DNA of 64,000 bases from Squalus acanthias (Eukaryota). Both the position numbers and the translations under genes were made by a program. Position 1 is the first letter of the stretch, and the number at the start of each line of letters is the position of its first letter. The stretch covers positions 156,118,001 to 156,182,000 of the forward strand of contig CM059431.1 of NCBI GenBank assembly GCA_030390025.1, in the 5' to 3' direction. Of the stretch, positions 56,590 through 64,000 are shown in pieces. Below the pieces are notes generated by a model. That model worked only from the letters and a program-made list of their open reading frames with translations, did no database searches and had not been told where the DNA came from.

Positions 56590-59500
56590 ACAGAGTGTTA
56601 GAGTACACTGGGATACACAGAGTGTCAGAGTACATTGGACTACGAAGAGTGTCAGTGTACCCTGGACTACACAGAGTGTCAGAGTACCTTGGACTACACA
56701 GAGTTTCAGAGTACCGTGGACTACACAGAGTGTCGGTATACCGTGGGCGAAACAGAGTGATAGAGCACACTGGGCTACACAGAGATTCAGAGTACCTTGG
56801 ACTACACAGAGTGTCAGAGTATCTTGGAGTACATAGCCTGTCAGAGTACCGTGGACTACACAGAGTGTCAGAGTACCGTGGAATACACAGAGTGTTGGAG
56901 TACCTTGGACTAAACATAGTGTCAGAGTACCCTGGACTACACAGAGTTTCTGAGTACCCTGGACTAAACAGAGTGTCAGAGCACCGTGGACTACACAGAG
57001 TGTCAGAGTACCTTGGACTACACAGAGTGTCAGAGTACCGTGGGCTAAACAGAGTGATTGAGTACACTGGGCTCCACAGAGTGTCAGAGTACACTGGGCT
57101 ACATAGAGTGTCAGAGTACCCTGGACTAAACAGAGTGTCAGAGTACCCTGGGCTACACAGAGTGTCAGAGTACCGTGGAATACACAGAGTGTTAGTGTAC
57201 CCTGGTCTACACAGAGTGTCAGAGTACCTTGGACCACACAGAGTGTCAGACTATCCTGGACTATACAGCGTGTCAGAGTATCCTGGACTACACAGCGTGT
57301 CAGAGTACCGTGGACTACACAGAGTGTCAGAGAACCCTGGGTACACAGAGTGACAGAGGACCCTGGACTACACGGAGTGTCAGAGTACCTTGGACTACAC
57401 AGAGTGTCAGACTATCTTGGACTACACAGCGTGTCAGAGTACCGTGGACGGCACAGAGTGTCAGAGTATCCTGGGTACACAGAGTGACAGAGGACCCTGG
57501 ACTACACGGAGTGTCAGAGTACCTTGGACGACACAGAGTGTCAGAGTACCGTGGGCTACACAGAGTGTCAGAGTACCCTGGGAACACAGAGTGACAGAGG
57601 ACCCTATACTACACAGAGTTTCAGAGTACCGTGGACTACAGAGAGTGTCAGAGTACCGTGGACTACACAGAGTGTCAGAGTACCGTGGAATACACAGAGT
57701 GTTGGAGTACACCGGACTAAACGCAGTGTCAGAGTACCTTGGACTACACAGAGTGTCAGAGTACCGTGGACTAAACAGAGTGTCAGAGTACCCTGGACTA
57801 CACAGAGTGTCAGAGATCCTGGGCTACACAGAGTGTCAGAGTACCTTGGAGTAAACAGAGTGTTAGAGTACCTTGGACTATACATAGTGTTAGAGTACAC
57901 TGGGATACACAGAGTGTCAGAGTACATTGGACTACAAAGAGTGTCAGTGTACCCTGGACTACACAGAGTGTCAGAGTACCTTGGACTACACAGAGTTTCA
58001 GAGTACCGTGGACTACACAGAGTGTCGGTATACCGTGGGCTAAACAGAGTGAAAGAGCACACTGGGCTACACAGAGATTCAGAGTACCTTGGACTACACA
58101 GAGTGTCAGAGTATCTTGGAGTACACAGCCTGTCAGAGTACCGGGAACTACTCAGAGTGACAGAGGACCCTGGACTACACAGAGTGTCAGAGTACCGTGG
58201 ACTACACAGAGTGTCAGAGTACCGTGGACTACACAGAGTGTCAGAGTACCGTGGAATACACAGAGTGTTGGAGTACCTTGGACTAAACATAGTGTCAGAG
58301 TACCCTGGACTACACAGAGTTTCTGAGTACCCTGGACTAAACAGAGTGTCAGAGCACCGTGGACTACACAGAGTGTCAGAGTACCTTGGACTACACAGAG
58401 TGTCAGAGTACCGTGGGCTAAACAGAGTGATTGAGTACACTGGGCTACACAGAGTGTCAGAGTACACTGGGCTACATAGAGTGTCAGAGTACCCTGGACT
58501 AAACAGAGTGTCAGAGTACCCTGGGCTACACAGAGTGTCAGAGTACCGTGGAATACACAGAGTGTTAGTGTACCCTGGTCTACACAGAGTGTCAGAGTAC
58601 CTTGGACCACACAGAGTGTCAGACTATCCTGGACTACACAGCGTGTCAGAGTATCCTGGACTACACAGCGTGTCAGAGTACCGTGGACTACACAGAGTGT
58701 CAGAGAACCCTGGGTACACAGAGTGACAGAGGACCCTGGACTACACGGAGTGTCAGAGTACCTTGGACTACACAGAGTGTCAGACTATCTTGGACTACAC
58801 AGCGTGTCAGAGTACCGTGGACGGCACAGAGTGTCAGAGTATCCTGGGTACACAGAGTGACAGAGGACCCTGGACTACACGGAGTGTCAGAGTACCTTGG
58901 ACGACAGAGAGTGTCAGAGTACCGTGGACTACACAGAGTTTCAGAGTACCGTGGGCTACACAGAGTGTCAGAGTACCCTGGACTACACAGAGTGTTGGAG
59001 TACACCGGACTACACGCAGTGTCAGAGTACCTTGGACTACACAGAGTGTCAGAGTACCGTGGACTAAACAGAGTGTCAGAGTACCCTGGACTACACAGAG
59101 TTTCAGAGTACCGTGGACTACAGAGAGTGTCAGAGTACCGTGGACTACACAGACTGTCAGAGTACCGTGGACGGCACAGAGTGTCAGAGTATCCTGGGTA
59201 CACAGAGTGACAGAGGACCCTGGACTACACGGAGTGTCAGAGTACCTTGGACGACACAGAGTGTCAGAGTACCGTGGACTACACAGAGTTTCAGAGTACC
59301 GTGGGCTACACAGAGTGTCAGAGTACCCTGGGAACACAGAGTGACAGAGGACCCTATACTACACAGAGTTTCAGAGTACCGTGGACTACAGAGAGTGTCA
59401 GAGTACCGTGGACTACACAGAGTGTCAGAGTACCGTGGAATACACAGAGTGTTGGAGTACACCGGACTAAACGCAGTGTCAGAGTACCTTGGACTACACA

Positions 59501-60090
59501 GAGTGTCAGAGTACCGTGGACTAAACAGAGTGTCAGAGTACCCTGGACTACACAGAGTGTCAGAGATCCTGGGCTACACAGAGTGTCAGAGTACCTTGGA
59601 GTAAACAGAGTGTTAGAGTACCTTGGACTATACATAGTGTTAGAGTACACTGGGATACACAGAGTGTCAGAGTACATTGGATTACAAAGAGTGTCAGTGT
59701 ACCCTGGACTACACAGAGTGTCAGAGTACCTTGGACTACACAGAGTTTCAGAGTACCGTGGACTACACAGAGTGTCGGTATACCGTGGGCTAAACAGAGT
59801 GAAAGAGCACACTGGGCTACACAGAGATTCAGAGTACCTTGGACTACACAGAGTGTCAGAGTATCTTGGAGTACACAGCCTGTCAGAGTACCGGGAACTA
59901 CTCAGAGTGACAGAGGACCCTGGACTACACAGAGTGTCAGAGTACCGTGGACTACACAGAGTGTCAGAGTACCGTGGACTACACAGAGTGTCAGAGTACC
60001 GTGGAATACACAGAGTGTTGGAGTACCTTGGACTAAACATAGTGTCAGAGTACCCTGGACTACACAGAGTTTCTGAGTACCCTGGACTAC
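56590..60090 (+). repeat. Overlapping duplications with offsets 1373 and 1750 bp
   Basis: ORFs 57229 to 58602 and 57327 to 58700 give offset 1373; 57604 to 59354 and 58152 to 59902 give offset 1750. Rare variants GGACCCTATACTAC and CCGGGAACTACTCAG are shared between copies. Confidence 0.88.
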
Positions 60091-61320
60091 ACAGAGTGTC
60101 AGAGTACCGTGGACTACACAGAGTGTCAGAGTACCTTGGAATACGCAGAGTGTCAGAGGACCGTGGACTACACAGAGTGTTAGAGTACCTGGGCTACACA
60201 GAGTGTCAGAGTACATTGGACTACAAAGAGTGTCAGAGTACCTTGGACTACACAGAGTTTCAGAGTAATGTGGACTGCACAGACTGTCAGAGTACACTGG
60301 ACTACACAGACTGTCAGAGTACCCTGGACTAAACAGAGTGTCAGAGTAGGCTGGACTAAACAGAGTGCCAGAGTACCCTGGACTACACAGAGTGTCAGAG
60401 TACCGTGGACTACACAGAGTGTTAGAGTACCTGGGCTACACAGAGTGTCAGAGTACATTGGACTACACAGAGTTTCAGAGTCCCGTGGACTACACAGAGT
60501 GTCAGAGTACGGTGGGCTAAACAGAGTGATAGAGTACACTGGGCTACACAGAGTTTCAGAGTACCTTGGACGACACAAAGTGACAGAGGACCCTGGACTA
60601 CACAGAGTGTCAGAGTACCGTGGAATACACAGAGTGTCAGAGTACCGTGGACTACACAGAGTGTCAGAGTACCCTGGTCTACACAGAGTGTCAGAGTACC
60701 TTGGACTACACAGAGTGTCAGAGTAGCCTGGACTACACAGAGTGTCAGAGTATTCTGGACTACACAGCGTGTCAGAGTACCCTGGACTACACAGTGTGTC
60801 AGAGAACCCTGGGTACACAGAGTGACAGAGGAACCTGGACTACACGGAGTGTCAGAGTCCCTTGGACTCCACAGAGTGTCAGAGTACCTTGGTCTATACA
60901 GAGTTTCAGAGTACCTTGGTCCACACGGAGTGTCAGAGTACCTTGGACTATACAGAGTATCAGAGCAGCCTGGACTAAACAGAGTGTCAGAGTACCTTGG
61001 GCTACACAGAATGACAGAGTAAACTGGGCTTCACAGAGTGTCTGAGTACCCTTGACTACACAGAGTGTCAGAGTACCTTAGACTACAAAGAGTTTCAGAG
61101 TACCGTGGACTACACAGAGTGTCAGAGTACCGTGGGCTATACAGAGTGATAGAGTACACTGGGCTACACAGATTTTCAGAGTACCTTGGACTACACAGAG
61201 TGTCAGAGTACCCTCGTCTACACAGAGTGTCAGAGTACCTTGGACTACACAGAGTGTCAGAGTAGCCTGGACTACACAGAGTTTCAGAGTAGCCTGGACT
61301 ACACAGAGTTTCAGAGTACC

Positions 61321-61530
61321 CTGGACTAAAGAGCGTGTCAGAGTAAACTGGACAACACAGAGTGTCAGAGTACCCTGGACTAAACAGCGTGTCAGAGCAA
61401 ACTGGACGAAACAGAGTGTCAGAGTACCCTGGACTGAACAGCGTGTCAGAGTAAACTGGACTAAACAGAGTGTCAGAGTACCCTGGACTAAACAGCGTGT
61501 CAGAGTAAACTGGACTAAACAGAGTGTCAG
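61321..61530 (+). repeat. 54-bp dimeric higher-order repeat, 4 copies
   Basis: GCGTGTCAGAG(T/C)AAACTGGA occurs at 61333, 61387, 61441 and 61495, alternating with a consensus-type monomer. Confidence 0.85.
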
Positions 61531-64000
61531 AGTACCGTGGACTACACGGAGTGTCAGATTACCCTGGGCTACACAGAATGTCAGAGTACCGTGGACTACA
61601 CGGAGTGTCACAGCACCCTGGACTACACAGAGTGTTAGAGTACCGTGGAATAGACAGAGTGTTAGAGTACCTTGGACTAAACAGAGTGTCAGAGTACCCT
61701 GGTCTACACAGAGTGTCAGAGTACCTTGGACTACACAGAGTGTCAGAGTACCCTGGACTACACAGAGTGTCAGAGTACCGTGGACTACACGGAGTGTCAG
61801 AGTACCGTGTACTACACAGTGTCAGATTAACGTGGGCTACACAGAGTGACAGAGTACACTTGGCTACACAGAGTGTCAGAGTACCGTGGACTACACGGAG
61901 TGTCAGAGTACCCTGGGCTACACAGAATGTCAGAGTACCGTGGACTACACGGAGTGTCACAGCACCCTGGGCTACACAGAGTGTCAGAGTACCGTGGACA
62001 ACACAGAGTCTCAGAGTACCCTGTGCTACACAGAGTGTCAGAGTATCCTGGGCTACAAAGAGTGTCAGAGTACCCTGGACTACACAGAGTGTCAGAGTAC
62101 CTTGGACTACACAGAGTTTCAGAGTACCGTGGACTACACAGAGTGTCAGATTAGCGTGGGCTAAACAGAGTGATAGAGTACACTGGGCTACACAGAGTTT
62201 CAGAGTAACTTGGACGACACAGAGTGTCAGACTATCTTGGACTACAAAGCGTGTCAGAGTACCGTGGACTACACCGAGTGTCAGAGTATCCTTGGTAAAC
62301 AGAGTGACAGATGACCCTGGACTACACGGAGTGTCAGTGTACCTTGGAATAGACAGAGTGTCAGAGTACCGTGTAATACACAGTGTTTCAGAGTACCGTG
62401 GGCTACACAGAGTGTCAAGTTCATTGGCCTACACAGATTGTCAGAGTACCCTGGGATACACAGAGTGTCAGAGTACCGTGGAATACACAGAGTGTGAGAG
62501 TACACTGGACTACACAGAGTGTCAGAGTACCGTGGAATACACAGAGTGTTAGAGTACCTTGGACTACACAGAGTGTCAGAGTACCCTGGTCTGCACAGAG
62601 TGTCAGAGTCCCTTGGACTAAACAGCGTGTCAGAGTAAACTGGACTACTCAGAGTGTCAGAGTACCCTGGACTAAACAGCGTGTCAGAGTAAACTGGACT
62701 ACACAGAGTGTCAGAGTACCGTGGACTACACAGAGTGACAGAGTACACTGGGCTACACAGAGTGTCAGAGTCCCGTGGACTACACGGAGTGTCAGAGTAC
62801 CGTGTACTACACAGAGTGTCAGATTACCGTGGGCTACACAGAGTGACAGAGCACACTGGGCTACACAGTGTGTCAGAGTACCGTGGACTACACGGAGTGT
62901 CACAGTACCCTGGGCTACACAGAGTGTCAGAGTACCGTGAACTACACAGAGTGTCAGAGTACCCTGGGCTACACAGAGTGTCAGAGTAACCTGGGCTACA
63001 AAGAGTGTCAGAGTACCCTGGACTACACAGAGTGTCAGGGTACCTTGGACTACACAGAGTATCAGAGTACCGTGGACTACACAGAGTGTCAGAGTACCGT
63101 GGGCTAAACAGATTGAAAGGGTACACTGGGCAACACAGAGTTTCAGAGTACCTTGGACTACACAGAGTGTCAGACTATCTTGGACTACACAGCGTGTCAG
63201 AGTACCGTGGACTACACAGAGTGTCAGAGTATCCTGGGTACACAGAGCGACAGAGGACCCTGGACTACACAGACTGTCAGAGTACCGTGTAATACACAGA
63301 GTTTCAGAGTTCCGTGGGCTACACAGAGTGTCAGAGTCCATTTGCCAACACAGAGTGTCAGAGTACCCTGGACTACACAGAATGTCAGAGTACCCTGGGC
63401 TACACAGAGTGTCAGAGTACCCTGGACTACACAGAGTGTTAGAGTACCGTGGAATAGACAGAGTGTTAGAGTACCTTGGACTAAACAGAGTGTCAGAGTA
63501 CCCTGGTCTACACAGAGTGTCAGAGTACGTTGGACTACACAGAGTGTCAGAGTACCCTGGACTACACAGAGTGTCAGAGTACCGTGGACTACACGGAGTG
63601 TCAGAGTACCGTGTACTACACAGAGTGTCAGATTACCGTGGGCTACACAGAGTGACAGAGTACACTTGGCTACACAGAGTGTCAGAGTACCGTGGACTAC
63701 ACGGAGTGTCAGAGTACCCTGTGCTACACAGAGTGTCAGAGTACCGTGGGCTACACAGAGTCTCAGAGTACACTGGGCTACACAGAGTGTCAGATTACCC
63801 AGGGCTAAAAGAGTGTCAGAGTACCTTGGACTACACAAAGTTTCAGAGTACCGTGGACTACACAGAGTGTCAGAGTACCGTGGGCTAAACAGAGTGATAG
63901 AGTACACTGGGCTACACAGAGTTTCAGAGTACCTTGGACGACACAGAGTGTCAGACTATCTTGGACTACAAAGCGTGTCAGAGTACCGTGGACTACACAG

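Larger units (their letters stand above)
1..64000 (+). repeat. 27-bp tandem satellite/minisatellite array, consensus CTACACAGAGTGTCAGAGTACC(C/T/G)TGGA, about 2,370 monomers, running off both window edges
   Basis: The motif ACACAGAGTGTCAGAGTAC recurs every 27 bp from the first to the last line, with point variants and occasional 23-28-bp monomers. Every ORF is a 9-aa repeat (EYPGLHRVS, DYTECQSTL, TTQSVRVPW on +; YSDTLCSPG, TLTLCVVQG on -), as expected for a 27-bp unit. No inverted-orientation monomers were seen. Confidence 0.99.

Noticed and set aside
1..64000. CRISPR array (repeat length in the CRISPR range and partly palindromic)
   Set aside because: Monomers abut directly with no unique spacers, no leader and no cas genes.
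1..64000. RAG recombination signal sequences (CACAGAG in most monomers, exact CACAGTG in some variants)
   Set aside because: No ACAAAAACC-like nonamer at 12 or 23 bp spacing and no V, D or J segments; the heptamer resemblance follows from the monomer sequence.
1..64000. Telomerase-synthesised long-unit telomeric repeat
   Set aside because: There is no G-rich versus C-rich strand bias (7 G and 7 C per consensus unit), and variants are inherited in multi-kb duplicated blocks, which indicates recombinational amplification rather than templated addition.
1..64000. Variant order as an information-bearing code or diversity-generating cassette system
   Set aside because: No recombinase, reverse transcriptase, expression site or boundary signal is present; in-register unequal exchange is sufficient to explain the mosaic.
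1..64000. Zinc-finger (PRDM9-like) coding minisatellite, suggested by periodic Cys and His
   Set aside because: C2H2 arrays have an 84-bp, 28-aa period with CxxC...HxxxH and TGEKP linkers; here the period is 9 aa with at most one consensus Cys or His per unit.

Overview
The whole 64-kb window is one head-to-tail tandem satellite array of a 27-bp monomer. The + strand consensus is CTACACAGAGTGTCAGAGTACC(C/T/G)TGGA, about 52% GC, roughly 2,370 copies by length, and all copies I checked are in the same orientation. It is interrupted only by a 25-N assembly gap at 43899-43923. I find no supportable protein-coding gene, RNA gene, transposon or CRISPR array. The ORF track is an artefact: the 27-bp unit is 9 codons and its consensus is stop-free in five of six frames. 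The informative signal is the arrangement of variant monomers. Near-identical duplications are nested at many scales (54, 242, 540, 1373, 1750, 1885, 2370, 2573/2627, 3557/3665, 5241/5295, 5762 and about 39,222 bp). Recurrent multi-monomer cassettes are shuffled between blocks. One 12-bp non-satellite insertion is present in three copies, a variant monomer with a perfect 10-bp palindrome occurs 16 times, and the monomer itself has a hidden palindromic structure. The organism cannot be determined; a eukaryotic heterochromatic array is inferred. Offsets and differences were read by eye and from matching ORFs, not from a computed alignment. I see no evidence of a new gene system.
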